A DNA stretch of 64,000 nt from Trueperaceae bacterium (GTDB taxonomy: Bacteria > Deinococcota > Deinococci > Deinococcales > Trueperaceae). The stretch covers positions 2,624,001 through 2,688,000 of the forward strand of contig OZ243927.1 in NCBI GenBank assembly GCA_965213925.1, in the 5' to 3' direction. Both the position numbers and the translations under genes were made by a program. The notes under the pieces are model-generated. The model saw only the letters and a program-made list of their open reading frames with translations, searched no databases and was not told the DNA's origin. Position 1 is the first letter of the stretch, and each line of letters opens with the position of its first letter. Positions 34,216 to 45,469 of this stretch are shown here, piece by piece.

Positions 34216-34912
34216 CGAAGCGCGTCGCGGGTTCCAGGTAGAGGCGTTTCGGCGCACCTACGTCTTCGACTTTGCCCGCGTTCATCAATACGACGAGGTC
34301 CGCTAAGCTCAGCGCCTCTTCCTGGTCGTGCGTCACGTGGATGAAGGTCGTGCCAACGCGCGTTTGAATGGTGATGAGTTCGCGCTGCATCTGCTTGCGC
34401 AAGTTGAGGTCGAGTGCGCCCAGCGGCTCGTCTAAGAGGAGGACTTGGGGCTCGGTCACGAGGCTCCGCGCCAGCGCGACGCGCTGCTTTTGTCCGCCGG
34501 AGAGTTCGTGGACGCTGCGCTTGCCGAACCCCGCTAAGCCGACCAGCTCCAGCATGTCCGCCGTCCGCTCTCTACGTTCCGCCTTAGCGATACCCTGCAT
34601 GGCGAGCCCAAAGGCGACGTTGTTCATCACGTTCATGTGCGGAAAGAGCGCGTAGTCTTGAAAGACAGTAGCGGTAGGACGCTCAGCAGGTGGGAGGTGC
34701 AGCACGCTCTCGCCGCCGATGCGCACCTCACCGGAGGTGGGTCCTAAAAAGCCTCCCAGGATATTGAGTAGCGTCGTCTTACCGCTCCCGGACGGACCGA
34801 GGAGCACCACGAAGCTGCCAGCGGGAAACTCTAAGGTGATGTCCTCCAATGCCACCGTCTCCCCGAAGCGCTTGTGCACGCCGCGAATCTCCACCCCGGC
34901 GCTGCTATTCAC
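34213..34912 (-). pseudogene. Polyamine ABC transporter ATPase (PotA-like), C-terminally truncated
   Basis: GPSGSGKT, LSGGQKQR, LLDEP; ends at EPATRFA with no TOBE domain. Confidence 0.85.
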
Positions 34913-35693
34913 GTGCCCCCCGCCGACTCAGGATGACCCCTTCCGCGAGGACGAGGAGCAGGATGGACACCCCGAACACGACGCTACCCACCGCGTTCGT
35001 CTTGGGGCTCAGCCCGCTCCGCAATAGGCTCCAGATTTCCACGGGCAACGTCACGTCGAAGCGGCTCAGCAAGAAGGCGATGATGAATTCGTCCCAGGAG
35101 AGGGTGAAGGAGAGGAAGTACGCGGCGAAGAGGGCGGGCCACACCAGCGGCACGGTGATGCGGGCTAAAACGCGCCACTCGCTCGCCCCGAGGTCACGCG
35201 CCGCTCGCTCTAGCCGCGCCTGCTGCTCCCCTAACTGAGAATAGAGAATCGCAAAACAGAGCGGCATATTGATAACCACGTGCCCCGCGCCCACCCCCCA
35301 AAGTGATTTGCCGAGACCGAGCGCGTTGAAGGTAATGAGGAGCCCCATCCCGATGATGAGGTAGCTGACGCTGAGAGGTGCGGTCAGGAGCCAGCGCCAG
35401 GCGTCGGCGAAGGGTAGCGTGGCGCGGGCGAGCGCGTAAGCCGCCAAGAATCCGAGCGCGAGCGCGACGAGCGAGGAGAGCAAGGCAACCGAGAGCGAGT
35501 TGCCGAGCGCCGTCATGAGGCGTCGGTCCGCGAAGACCTCTTCGTACCAGCGCAAGGAGGGTCCGTCGAAGGGGGGCATGGGGAGGCTCGAGCCCTGCAA
35601 CGAGAAGAGCACGAGCGACGCGACAGGCAAGAAGATAAAGCCGTACACGAGCAGGACGTAGCCAGCGGTAGAAAGCCGACGCACCCCTCTCAT
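34905..35693 (-). CDS. Polyamine ABC permease (PotC-like)
   Basis: TM segments, LERAARDLGA, FTLSWDEF. Confidence 0.9.
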   Translation of the reverse strand: MRGVRRLSTAGYVLLVYGFIFLPVASLVLFSLQGSSLPMPPFDGPSLRWYEEVFADRRLMTALGNSLSVALLSSLVALALGFLAAYALARATLPFADAWRWLLTAPLSVSYLIIGMGLLITFNALGLGKSLWGVGAGHVVINMPLCFAILYSQLGEQQARLERAARDLGASEWRVLARITVPLVWPALFAAYFLSFTLSWDEFIIAFLLSRFDVTLPVEIWSLLRSGLSPKTNAVGSVVFGVSILLLVLAEGVILSRRGARE

Positions 35694-35694
35694 C

Positions 35695-36546
35695 CTAGAC
35701 GCGCTCCAGACGCAAGTACCGCGCCGACAGCAGAAATACCAAGCTGATGACCACCATCAGAACGAGCGCCAGCGCCGACGCCACCGGAAAGTTCGCCTGC
35801 CGCCCGATCTGCAACATGATGACCTGCGGCAGCAGCAACTCTTGATTGCCGCCCAAGATCTGCGGCGTGATGTAGTCGCCGATGCAGAGCACGAAGGTCA
35901 AAAATGCGCCCGTCGCCACGCCCGGCACGCTGAGAGGCAGCGTCACGCGCCAGAAGGTTTGAAGCTGCGACGCGCCCAAGTCCGCTGCTGCTTTGGCGTA
36001 ACTTTTAGGAATCTGCACGAGGTTGGCGAAGATGGTGAGCGTGAGGAGCATCGTGAAGAAGTGGACGAAGCCGATGACGGTCCCCGTGCGACTGTTGACG
36101 AACGAGGTCGGCTCGCTCAGGAGCCCTAGTGCCTGCAAGGTGTTGCTCACGACGCCGTTGGAGGAGAGCACCAGCAGCCAACTGTAGGAGCGCACCACGT
36201 ACGAGGTCCAGAAGGGCAAAATCGCCAAGCTGAGCGCCAGCCGCTGCCACCGCGCCGGCGTGTGGTACGCCAGGATATAAGCGAGCGGGTAGGCTAAGAG
36301 CACACTGATAACCGTGACGAGCACCGTAACCTCGAGCGAATTGAAGAGCGCCTGCCAAAAGGTGCTCCTGGTAAAGAAGTCAACGTAGTTCTCGAGTGAA
36401 AAGGCGCGAACGGTCTCCATGCCGACGCGCTGCCAGAAGCTGTACACCGTCATGATGATGAGCGGCACGACAAAGAAGGCGAGCGTCCACAAGAGACCGG
36501 GGAGGAGCAGCGCCCAGGCGCGAAACCGAGCTTTAGACCGCATCAC
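35695..36546 (-). CDS. Polyamine ABC permease (PotB-like)
   Basis: LPFWTSYVVRSYSW, AAADLGA, GDYITPQILG. Confidence 0.9.
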   Translation of the reverse strand: MMRSKARFRAWALLLPGLLWTLAFFVVPLIIMTVYSFWQRVGMETVRAFSLENYVDFFTRSTFWQALFNSLEVTVLVTVISVLLAYPLAYILAYHTPARWQRLALSLAILPFWTSYVVRSYSWLLVLSSNGVVSNTLQALGLLSEPTSFVNSRTGTVIGFVHFFTMLLTLTIFANLVQIPKSYAKAAADLGASQLQTFWRVTLPLSVPGVATGAFLTFVLCIGDYITPQILGGNQELLLPQVIMLQIGRQANFPVASALALVLMVVISLVFLLSARYLRLERV

Positions 36547-36732
36547 AAGGTGCGGGGAGCAGGTCGTGAGCGAGAGACCTGAAGGGGTTGGTTAGACGTA
36601 GCAGATGAGGGCGTTTTGGATTCTTTCTGACTCCTATCTTCCTCGAGTCGCCCTGCTCCTGACCTATATGCCAACCTCACCGCAAATCCCGACACCACGA
36701 ATCTCAACACCACAAATTCCAGCACTGCGAAC

Positions 36733-37776
36733 CTAACGCTGTAAGAACTCGGTCCACGCCTCGAGCATCAGCGCGTCGAGTTCGGGGTTGGGGATGTAGT
36801 ACGGGTAGGAGTTGGCGAGAAAGTCGGGCTGCTCGTCCCAGCGGAGGACGCGCTTTTGCTCGTCGGTCAAGGCGGCTTGGCTGTTGGCGGGCATCGCCCA
36901 GTAGCATGAGGAGGTGGCGAGCCTAGCTTGACCTTCCGGGCTGACGATGTACTTGACAAACTCGGTGGCGAGGTCTCTCTTTTCGCTGTCGGCAAAGACG
37001 CCGATGGCTTGCTGCCACCTGACGCCGCCCGCGTCGGGCAGAATCCACTCGAGCGCCGGGTTCTCCGCTTGTAACCCCGCCGTGACGTACTCCCCGCCGC
37101 CCACGATGATGTCCACCTCGCCCGTCGCGAGCGCGGTCTGCACGCTCACCACGTCACCGATCAAAGCGGTGTTCTCCTTGAGTTCGAAGAGTTTCTCTTT
37201 AATCTGCGGCAAATTCTCCGCCGTGACCTCATCTGGCGTGAGCCCCATGCTGATGGCGACGAGTTCGATTAGGGGCACGTAGTAGTCGTAGACCGCGAGC
37301 CTGCCCGCATACGTCTCGTCCCAGAGCGCGCCTATGTCACGCATCGTCTCGGCGCTCACTGCGTCGCTGTCGAAGGAGACGGTGTTGTAGCCGAACTTTT
37401 CAGGCACCGCGTAGAGCGTGCCGTCCTGGGAGTGCAAATCTTCCATCCGAACTTCCTCGAAGAAGTCGTCCCAAGGGAAGTCCGCTTTCTCGAGGGGCGC
37501 TAAGATACCCGCTTGCGCGACGCGCGGCACGTCCACGCTGTCCACCACAAACACGTCCCAGTCGCCGGGGCGCGACTGCTCGATCAAGGAGAGCGCCGTG
37601 CCCGTCCCCTCGTAGTCGCGCACGTTCACGCGCACGCCAAATTCCTCTTCGAAGGGTCGCAGCAACTCGGGGTCCGTGTGATCACACCAGACGAGCGCGT
37701 TAAGTTCCTCTTGGGCGCTCGCTAGTCCTGCGGTGAGCAGCAAGCTCAACACTAGGGTCGTGAGGGTCGGTTTCAT
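36733..37776 (-). CDS. Polyamine ABC substrate-binding protein (PotD-like)
   Basis: Signal peptide; LLRPFEEEFGVRV; operon context. Confidence 0.85.
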   Translation of the reverse strand: MKPTLTTLVLSLLLTAGLASAQEELNALVWCDHTDPELLRPFEEEFGVRVNVRDYEGTGTALSLIEQSRPGDWDVFVVDSVDVPRVAQAGILAPLEKADFPWDDFFEEVRMEDLHSQDGTLYAVPEKFGYNTVSFDSDAVSAETMRDIGALWDETYAGRLAVYDYYVPLIELVAISMGLTPDEVTAENLPQIKEKLFELKENTALIGDVVSVQTALATGEVDIIVGGGEYVTAGLQAENPALEWILPDAGGVRWQQAIGVFADSEKRDLATEFVKYIVSPEGQARLATSSCYWAMPANSQAALTDEQKRVLRWDEQPDFLANSYPYYIPNPELDALMLEAWTEFLQR

Positions 37777-37971
37777 GATGTGCCTCCTCAATTCGCGGTG
37801 CAACGCACAAACGTACACTTGAGTTGTCCGATGAATGATTCGACTAAAAAATTCTGAGAGCGAATTCAACCTTGGATGGGCTGTTCCCATAGACTATTGC
37901 AAAATTTGCATTTTTTGTCAACTCGATTGACATTTTTGCAATTCATAGCGTACATTGAGGCGTGGTTCACG

Positions 37972-38517
37972 ATGTCTGAGACCAACGGTACGAACGCCGC
38001 GACGCCCGATGCGGCTCTGGACGCGCTCGACATGGCGATTTTGAGCCAGCTTCAAGAGGACGGACGGCGCAGCTTGACCGAAATGGCGGAGGCGTTGGGC
38101 GTGTCGGTAGGGACGGTTCGCAACCGCATGAGCAGGCTCATCGCGGATAAGACGTTGCACGTGATCGGCAGGACGGACCCGCACCGCGTCGGCTTTCGTG
38201 CGCCCGCAACTGTGCACGTGTCGGTGCGCCCGGCGAGCTTGATTGAAAGCGTCGCCGACGCCATCGCTGCCTTCCCCGAGGCGAGCTACGTCGCGTCGAT
38301 TTCAGGCGAGTTCGACCTCGAGGTAGACCTCATGTGCCGCGACACGCCGCACCTGAGTGACCTCATCACGCACCGTTTGCACAAGTTAGAGGGCGTGGTC
38401 AACACGAAGACCAATATGATCTTGCGCGTCGTCAAATATGGTCAACCGGATTTGGGACTGCTCGAGCCTCCACAATCTCCACGCCCTCAAGCGCCGCAAG
38501 AGGTCAACCATGAATAG
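37972..38517 (+). CDS. Lrp/AsnC-family regulator
   Basis: LDALDMAILSQLQEDGRRS...GVSVGTVRNR; SGEFDL. Confidence 0.92.
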   Translation: MSETNGTNAATPDAALDALDMAILSQLQEDGRRSLTEMAEALGVSVGTVRNRMSRLIADKTLHVIGRTDPHRVGFRAPATVHVSVRPASLIESVADAIAAFPEASYVASISGEFDLEVDLMCRDTPHLSDLITHRLHKLEGVVNTKTNMILRVVKYGQPDLGLLEPPQSPRPQAPQEVNHE

Positions 38518-38537
38518 GCAACTATGAGTAGACAAAC

Positions 38538-39491
38538 ATGAGTAAAGGTCACGGACCTCTCGACGCTATGACCTACCCGCGCTTCGAAGGCGTGCGCACC
38601 TTTATGCGCCTTCCCTTCACTACGGACCTCTCCAACGCTGACATCTGCGTCGTCGGCGTGCCGTTCGACACGGGCGGGACGTACCGCGTCGGCGCACGTT
38701 TCGGTCCGTCGGGGATTCGCCAGGAGTCTATGCTCTTACGTCCGTACAATCCCGCGCTGGACGTGAACCTCTTCGATCACCTCTCCGGTGTGGACTACGG
38801 CGATTTACCCATCACGCCCGGCTACCTACCCGAGTCGCACGCGCAGATTACTGAAGGGGCGAAAGAGGTCATAACAAAGGGTTGCGTCCCCTTCTTCATG
38901 GGCGGCGACCACTCCGTCTCACTACCTCTTTTGCGGGCAGTGGCGAGCCAACACGGTCCCGTCGCGCTCGTCCACTTCGATGCGCACAGCGACCTCTGGG
39001 GCGGCTACTTCGGCGGGAAGGATACGCACGGCACACCCTTTCGCCGCGCGGTGGAAGAGGGGCTTTTGGACACGGAGCGCTCGAGTCAAGTCGGCTTGCG
39101 CGGTTCCCTATATGGTCCAGACGATGTGAGCATCTCCGAAGCGTTGGGCTTCCAGATGATTTCCGGTCCCGAGTTGCACGAGATTGGCGTCGAGGAGACC
39201 TTAAAACGCATTCACGAACGCATCGGCGAGGGTCCCGCCTATCTGAGTTTCGATATCGACTTTGTGGACCCGACCTTTGCGCCCGGTACAGGCACGCCCG
39301 AGGTGGGCGGCTTTACGAGTGCGCAGTGCCAAGCCTTGCTGCGCGGGCTCGTCGGCATCAACTTTGTTGCTTACGATTTGGTTGAGGTGATGCCCGCGTA
39401 CGATTCCGCTGCCACGACCTGTCTGCTCGCCGCCAACTTAATTTACGAAATGATGTCGCTCGAGGCGCTCAAACGCAAAAATAAGGGTTAA
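38538..39491 (+). CDS. speB: Agmatinase (ureohydrolase family)
   Basis: GGDHS, HFDAHSD, HGTPF, SFDIDFVDPTFAPGTGTPEVGG. Confidence 0.88.
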   Translation: MSKGHGPLDAMTYPRFEGVRTFMRLPFTTDLSNADICVVGVPFDTGGTYRVGARFGPSGIRQESMLLRPYNPALDVNLFDHLSGVDYGDLPITPGYLPESHAQITEGAKEVITKGCVPFFMGGDHSVSLPLLRAVASQHGPVALVHFDAHSDLWGGYFGGKDTHGTPFRRAVEEGLLDTERSSQVGLRGSLYGPDDVSISEALGFQMISGPELHEIGVEETLKRIHERIGEGPAYLSFDIDFVDPTFAPGTGTPEVGGFTSAQCQALLRGLVGINFVAYDLVEVMPAYDSAATTCLLAANLIYEMMSLEALKRKNKG

Positions 39492-39511
39492 ACCGCTCTA
39501 AGGAGGCAAAT

Positions 39512-40570
39512 ATGAAGCGTGTTATCAAGATAGTAAGTGTGCTCGTTCTCATCGGTATGGTGCTGCAAGTCGGCTTCGCCCAAGACCGCAGCCTCAAAAT
39601 CGGTGTCTACGGCGGCTACTTCAAGGAAGCCTTCGACGAACACATCTTCCCGCGCTTCACAGAAGAAACAGGCATCGAGGTCGAGTCCATCGCGGAGCCC
39701 ACGGGTGAGGCTTGGGTGGTGCAGTTAGAGACCGCTGCCAGAGCCGGACAAGCCCCCGCCGACGTTTCCATGATGTCACAAGTATCGCTCTTGCGCGGGA
39801 TGAACGGGGGTTTGTGGGCGACTTTGGACGAGAGCGCGATCTCGAACCTCGAGAACGTCCGCCCACCGCTTCAAAACCGCGATAGTGAAGGCAACCTCGT
39901 CGGCGTCGGTGCGGTCTCTTGGTACATCACGCTCGTGACGAATACCGAGACTTATCCCGACGCGCCGACCTCCTGGGAAACGCTTTGGGACTCCGCTAAC
40001 GAGAATCAACTCGGACTCTTGGCGCTCGCCTCGAACTCGTTTCTGCTAGAAGTCACCGCCGAGACCTTTTTCGACGGCGTCGAAATCTTAGAGACCGAAG
40101 AGGGTTTGAATCAGGTGCTCGATAAACTCGCGGAGGTCAAGCCCAACGTGCAGCTCTGGTACAGAGACGAGGGGCAGTTCCAACAGGCGTTGCAGTCCGG
40201 TGAGATACCGATGGGGCAGTATTATCATGACGTGACGGGTTTAGCGGCGGCGGACGGCTTCCCGGTACGCAGCACCTTTCCGCAAGAGGGCGCGATTTTA
40301 GACTCCGGCTCGTGGGCGGTGAGCCGCGCGTCGGACAAGCTCACTGAATCGCTAGAATTCATCAACTGGTTCAGCCAGCCCGAGATTCAAGACCTCGTGG
40401 CGCGGCAAGTCGGCACAGCGCCCACGGTTGTACGCGACGTGCTCTCGCTCAGCGACGAGGAGTTTGCGGCGGTCTCGAGCGACATAGAGCCTATTATCCC
40501 TATGTACAGCCTCTACTTGGAGCGCGGCGACGAAATCAGCCAGATGTGGAGCGAGCGGATTACAAGGTAG
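39512..40570 (+). CDS. ABC substrate-binding protein (polyamine-like)
   Basis: Signal peptide; YGGYFKEAF...FTEETGIEV. Confidence 0.85.
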   Translation: MKRVIKIVSVLVLIGMVLQVGFAQDRSLKIGVYGGYFKEAFDEHIFPRFTEETGIEVESIAEPTGEAWVVQLETAARAGQAPADVSMMSQVSLLRGMNGGLWATLDESAISNLENVRPPLQNRDSEGNLVGVGAVSWYITLVTNTETYPDAPTSWETLWDSANENQLGLLALASNSFLLEVTAETFFDGVEILETEEGLNQVLDKLAEVKPNVQLWYRDEGQFQQALQSGEIPMGQYYHDVTGLAAADGFPVRSTFPQEGAILDSGSWAVSRASDKLTESLEFINWFSQPEIQDLVARQVGTAPTVVRDVLSLSDEEFAAVSSDIEPIIPMYSLYLERGDEISQMWSERITR

Positions 40571-40704
40571 GGAGTAGTGAGAGAAAAAGACTGAGGACTG
40601 AGGTTAAAAGTTTAGTCTTTACTTTTCTCTCAGTCCTCGGTCCTCAGTCCTTCAACCTCTCTTGTTATCAACTCATTGTTCATTGCTTTCCGAATCGAGG
40701 TGCA

Positions 40705-41751
40705 ATGGCAGACGCCCTAACCATTCAAAATATCTCCAAACGCTTCGGCTCCACCGTCGCCTTAGAGGACATCGACCTCACCCTGGAGGCGGGCAAGCTC
40801 ATCTGCTTTTTGGGTCCGTCGGGTTGCGGTAAGACGACGCTTCTAAGGCTGATTGCGGGACTAGACAAGCCGACTACAGGTGAGATTTTCTTAGGTGATA
40901 AGAACCTTACGACGGTAAGCCCGCACAAGCGCAACGTCGGAATGGTCTTTCAGTCCTTCGCGCTCTTTCCGCACCTCAACGTGGCTGAAAATATTGGTTA
41001 CGGGCTGCGCATTCGCGGGGTGGATAAGCAGGAACGGCGCAAGCGGGCAGATGAACTCTTAGACCTCGTTAAACTGCCGGGTTTGGGTGACAGACATGTC
41101 GCGAAGCTCTCCGGCGGGCAGCAGCAGCGCGTAGCGATGGCTCGAGCGCTCGCTTTGGAGCCGTCGCTTTTTCTCTTAGACGAACCTCTCTCGGCGCTAG
41201 ACGCGAAGCTCCGTGAGGCGATGCAGGTTGAGTTGAGGTTACTGCAAGAACGCTTAGGGATTACCACCATCATCGTCACGCACGACCAGCAAGAGGCGAT
41301 GACGTTGGCGGACATCATCGTGGTGATGGGGGATAACCGCGTGCAGCAGGTGGGGGAGCCGCTTACGATATACAACTGCCCCGTCAACACCTTCGTCGCG
41401 GACTTTATCGGTACGAACAACCTCTTGCCGGGCAAGGTGGCGGACGCGCAGCGCGTCGAAGCGTTGGGGCAAGCCTTTCGCGTCGAGATGCCGTCCGAAC
41501 TGAATAGAGGACAAGAGGTCAACCTCTCCATCCGCCCTGAGAAGGTCTGCCTCCACGAGGCTAGACCCGCAGAGACCCCTAACTGCTGCGAAGGTACGAT
41601 TACCTTCGTCCGCGATTTAGGCTCGGTGGTGGAAACGTATGTCTCCGTCCAGGACCGAGAGGTCATCGTGGTGGGTGCGCCGCGTCACCCTACCGACACA
41701 CCTGTGTGGCTCACCTTTCCGCCCGAGGACTGCGTGGTGCTGAGCGCGTGA
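40705..41751 (+). CDS. ABC transporter ATPase (PotA-like)
   Basis: GPSGCGKT, LSGGQQQR, LDEP, TOBE-like tail. Confidence 0.92.
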   Translation: MADALTIQNISKRFGSTVALEDIDLTLEAGKLICFLGPSGCGKTTLLRLIAGLDKPTTGEIFLGDKNLTTVSPHKRNVGMVFQSFALFPHLNVAENIGYGLRIRGVDKQERRKRADELLDLVKLPGLGDRHVAKLSGGQQQRVAMARALALEPSLFLLDEPLSALDAKLREAMQVELRLLQERLGITTIIVTHDQQEAMTLADIIVVMGDNRVQQVGEPLTIYNCPVNTFVADFIGTNNLLPGKVADAQRVEALGQAFRVEMPSELNRGQEVNLSIRPEKVCLHEARPAETPNCCEGTITFVRDLGSVVETYVSVQDREVIVVGAPRHPTDTPVWLTFPPEDCVVLSA

Positions 41752-42602
41752 ATCATCCCGACTACAAACGCCCCAACAGCGTGAGACCTCATCTGACGCT
41801 GCTCTATCCGGGGCTCATCATCGTGTTGCTCTTCGTCACGCCGCTCCTTATCATGAGCGCGGTCAGCTTTTTCAGGCGGCTACAAAATGCCTTTTTCGAG
41901 CCCGCGTTTGTGTTGGAGAATTACTCGAGGGCGTTGGGTCCCTTCTTTCTAAACATCATCGGCTTCTCGCTCTTCGTCGCGGCGTTGGCGGCGGGCGTGT
42001 GTCTCGCGGTCGGCTTTCCTTTTACCTACTTCTTGACTCGCTTACGCCGCAAGGCGCAAGTCCCGTACCTCGTGCTCGTCATCTCAGTGCTCTCCTTGTC
42101 CGAGGTCATCATCGCCTTTAGCTGGTCACTCCTGTTGTCGCGCACTTCGGGCGTCTCCAACCTCTTCGCCTGGCTCGGGCTTTTAGAGAGTCCGGTCTCT
42201 TGGTCCCCTGGCTTCGCGGCGATGCTCTTGGGGCTCATCTACATCGCGCTGCCCCTGAGCGTGCTCATCCTCTATCCGCCACTGTCCCGCCTGGAGCGTG
42301 ACCTCACCGAAGCGGCGACGACGCTAGGCGCGTCGCCCGTCGTCTCGTTCTTTACTATCGTCGTGCCGCTCTTACGGCAGGCGCTCGTGTCGGCGTTTAT
42401 CCTCGTCTTTATCTTTGTGCTGGGGAGCTACCTCATCCCGCAGGTGTTGGGGCGTCCTGAGCAGTGGACGCTGCCCGTGCACATCACCGACCAGGCGATT
42501 TTGCAGTCGAACCTTCCTTTGGCAGCGGCGCTCGCTATCGTGTTGCTCGTTGCGAGCGTGGGGCTTTCGCTGCTCTCGTTGCGTTTGGGGGCGCGTGAGT
42601 GA
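41748..42602 (+). CDS. ABC permease
   Basis: TM segments; EAATTLGA loop. Confidence 0.88.
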   Translation: MNHPDYKRPNSVRPHLTLLYPGLIIVLLFVTPLLIMSAVSFFRRLQNAFFEPAFVLENYSRALGPFFLNIIGFSLFVAALAAGVCLAVGFPFTYFLTRLRRKAQVPYLVLVISVLSLSEVIIAFSWSLLLSRTSGVSNLFAWLGLLESPVSWSPGFAAMLLGLIYIALPLSVLILYPPLSRLERDLTEAATTLGASPVVSFFTIVVPLLRQALVSAFILVFIFVLGSYLIPQVLGRPEQWTLPVHITDQAILQSNLPLAAALAIVLLVASVGLSLLSLRLGARE

Positions 42603-43404
42603 TGAGGTCAATATGATCTGGCTCAAGCGCCTCTTTTTCGCGCTCGTCGTGCTCTACCTTATCTCACCTCTCGTGGTCATCGCTGGTGTCTCGCTTAACG
42701 CGGAGAACCGCCTGTTCTTCCCGCCACAAGGACTGTCGCTGCGGTGGTACAGCGAATTTTTTGCGGATAGCGCTTGGTATTTGCCTGCCCTACGGAGCGT
42801 AACCATCGCCGCGCTCGCCGCGCTCGTCGCCGTAAGCGCCGCGCTGCCGCTCGCTTACACTGTCTGGCGCTACGACCTCCGCTATGGGCGTTTTCTCTAC
42901 ACATTAGGGCTCGCGCCGTTTGCGCTGCCCCCCGTCATCACTGCACTGGGCGCACTCGCCTTGTGGATCGTCTTTCAATCTTACGGCAAACCTTATACCG
43001 TCGTCCTAACCCACGCCGCCTTTCTCATCACGCTGCCTTTGGCGACCATCAGTTTAGGGCTGCGCAGCTTAAACCCGCAGCTCATCGAAGCGGCGACGAC
43101 GCTGGGCGCAAGTAGCGCTACGGTCTTTCGCACGGTGATCTTTCCGGCTATTCGTCCTTACCTCTTGGCGGGGTACATCTTCGCGTTCGTGCTCAGTCTG
43201 AACGAGTACATTATCGCGTATATGACGGTGGGCTTTACGGTGGAGACGCTGCCAATCAAAATCTTCAACAGCCTGCGCTACGGCTACACACCCGTAATGG
43301 CGTCGGTCTCAGTGATCTTCTTTCTCATTGCGACGCTGCTTTTCGGACTTGTCGGGCGTTTGGGTAACTTGCCGAAACTTTTGGGGGCGGATACGGATGC
43401 GTAG
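42595..43404 (+). CDS. ABC permease
   Basis: FPPQGLSLRWY, EAATTLGA, SLNEY. Confidence 0.88.
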   Translation: MSDEVNMIWLKRLFFALVVLYLISPLVVIAGVSLNAENRLFFPPQGLSLRWYSEFFADSAWYLPALRSVTIAALAALVAVSAALPLAYTVWRYDLRYGRFLYTLGLAPFALPPVITALGALALWIVFQSYGKPYTVVLTHAAFLITLPLATISLGLRSLNPQLIEAATTLGASSATVFRTVIFPAIRPYLLAGYIFAFVLSLNEYIIAYMTVGFTVETLPIKIFNSLRYGYTPVMASVSVIFFLIATLLFGLVGRLGNLPKLLGADTDA

Positions 43405-43530
43405 CAGGTATCATCTGGTCATGAACGCTCTCACCGAAGAAAACATAGACCAGCACGCACATTATGGGATGATGCCTGCGGTAATTCGTCTGAGTATATC
43501 GTGGAGTTGCAGTGTGCGTGGCAGTACAAG

Positions 43531-44568
43531 ATGAAAGGCGCGATTTACCGCGCGTTCGGGGAACCTCTTGGGCTCGAGACCCTCCCCGACCCCGAATGCC
43601 CGGCGGACGGCGCGATTGTCGAGGTCAAGGCGAACGGCATCTGCCGCAGCGACTGGCACGCTTGGATGGGACACGACCCCATCATCACCTTGCCACACGT
43701 GCCGGGTCACGAGTTTGCGGGCGTGATTGCCGAGGTGGGCGCGGAGGTCCGCAACTGGCACGTCGGGCAACGTGTCACCGCGCCCTTTTGCTGCGCGTGC
43801 GGGCGTTGCCGTGAGTGTCTGGGCGGTTATCAGAATATCTGTGACAACCAGTATCAGCCCGGCTTTTCGGGGTGGGGCAGCTTCGCGCAGTACGTGAGGG
43901 TGCCCCACGCCGACTTGAACCTCGTCGCGCTGCCTGAAACGGTCAATTTTGTCGCGGCGGCGAGTTTAGGGTGCCGCTTCATGACGGCTTTCGGTGGCTT
44001 GGTGGATAAAGCTGAGTTGCGCCCAGGCGAAACGCTCGCCGTGCACGGCTGCGGCGGGGTGGGGCTCTCCGCCATCATGATCGCGGTGGCGCTAGGGGCG
44101 AACGTCATCGCGGTGGACATCAGTGACGCGCAGTTGGAAAGAGCCGCAGCGCTGGGCGCAGCGCACACTGTCAATGCGAAGAAGCAGAACCCCGTGCAAG
44201 CGATTCGAGACCTCGCTGACGGTGGCGCTCACGTGTCGGTGGACGCGCTAGGTAGCCGCGTCACCTGCGTGAACAGCGTCCGCAGCTTGCGCAAGCGGGG
44301 TAGGCACCTACAGATCGGGTTGATGTTGGCTGAGGACGCCGCGCCCGAGATGCCGATGGGTGAGATTATCGCCAAGGAACTTCGTATCTTGGGCTCGCTC
44401 GGGATGCAGGCGCACCGCTACCCCGCGATGCTGAACTTGATCGCGGCGGGCACCCTCAACCCCGAACGCTTGGTGGGCAAAACGCTCAGCTTGGCGGACG
44501 CGGGCGCGGAGCTTGAGAACATGGGGCGCTTTAGCCAGAGTGGGGTCAGTGTGATTAGTGCGTTTTAG
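43531..44568 (+). CDS. Zinc-dependent alcohol dehydrogenase family protein
   Basis: GICRSD, GHE, CGRCRECLGGYQNIC, GCGGVG. Confidence 0.92.
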   Translation: MKGAIYRAFGEPLGLETLPDPECPADGAIVEVKANGICRSDWHAWMGHDPIITLPHVPGHEFAGVIAEVGAEVRNWHVGQRVTAPFCCACGRCRECLGGYQNICDNQYQPGFSGWGSFAQYVRVPHADLNLVALPETVNFVAAASLGCRFMTAFGGLVDKAELRPGETLAVHGCGGVGLSAIMIAVALGANVIAVDISDAQLERAAALGAAHTVNAKKQNPVQAIRDLADGGAHVSVDALGSRVTCVNSVRSLRKRGRHLQIGLMLAEDAAPEMPMGEIIAKELRILGSLGMQAHRYPAMLNLIAAGTLNPERLVGKTLSLADAGAELENMGRFSQSGVSVISAF

Positions 44569-44974
44569 TAGCGGCTTGAGCTTTGACGTCCAAGTCACTT
44601 GCTCGAGCCGCTCAAACCTCTTTTATCTTTTATCGGGCGTTCGCTGAGGACGAAACGTCCTTGTACAATGGCGTCTTCAACTACGTCGGTGACGTCGGCA
44701 TGGTGTGATAGCGGAGCAGCGGGGTTCATGGTTGCCCCCCGAAACTCGAGTTTAGCGTACTAGGCTAAAGGCACATGTACGAAGCGATTTCGCTTTCTAC
44801 AGCATTTGCACCTACTCTTGACCAAAATTTCTGCGCGGTGCCCAGCGAATCGCAGGGTATAAAGCGTTGTTGGATCGTCCACTTAATTTCTCGTTATTTC
44901 CGCGGTCGGTCAACCACCTCGGTGGCGCCAAAACACGAACCGAGGACTCGCGGCGAATTTTCGGGAGAACCATT

Positions 44975-45002
44975 TTGCGTTTAACGCGCGCGTCTCTCGC
45001 AG
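44975..45002. repeat. 28-bp palindromic module-boundary site, copy A
   Basis: TTGCGTTTAAC GCGCGC GTCTCTCGCAG. Confidence 0.75.
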
Positions 45003-45199
45003 AAGAACGCTACACTTTCGAGCCTTTCCATTATTCCGCAGAGATCAAAGGAACCACAATCTATTGACCGTTCAGTACATATTGTCATAGAAGTTTACTG
45101 CACGAATAGGTCATTCCTCCCAAATTTCTCCTCCCAAATTTCTCCTCCGAAATCTGACGTGCGACAAGCGCTTATCTGTATTCTTACGGCTAAAGTTCT

Positions 45200-45320
45200 G
45201 AACGGACTCTTTCATCTCGTTATCGGGAAGCTCGAGCGCCACCCTCGTTTCGCGTTTGGTGTCGCTAAGAAGCGGTTCCAAATCCTTGAGTTCGGAGCCT
45301 GCCAAGACGCGCATGGTGTT
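45200..45320 (-). pseudogene. Short relic of a solute-binding/VWA-type protein downstream of the TelA-like gene
   Basis: RVLAGSELKDLEPLL resembles the start of such domains; the frame degenerates quickly. Confidence 0.35.
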
Positions 45321-45469
45321 TGTTTCCTATCCGCAGCTCGTTAAAAGTGATGTGAGCGCGAGAGTTAGAAAGAAGGCGTTGCACTGTATCTTCTGAAAGG
45401 ACAGGGAAAAGGGAGAGGCGGCAACGCTTTTTCTCCCTATCCCCCTTACCCTCATCTCTCTGTCAAACC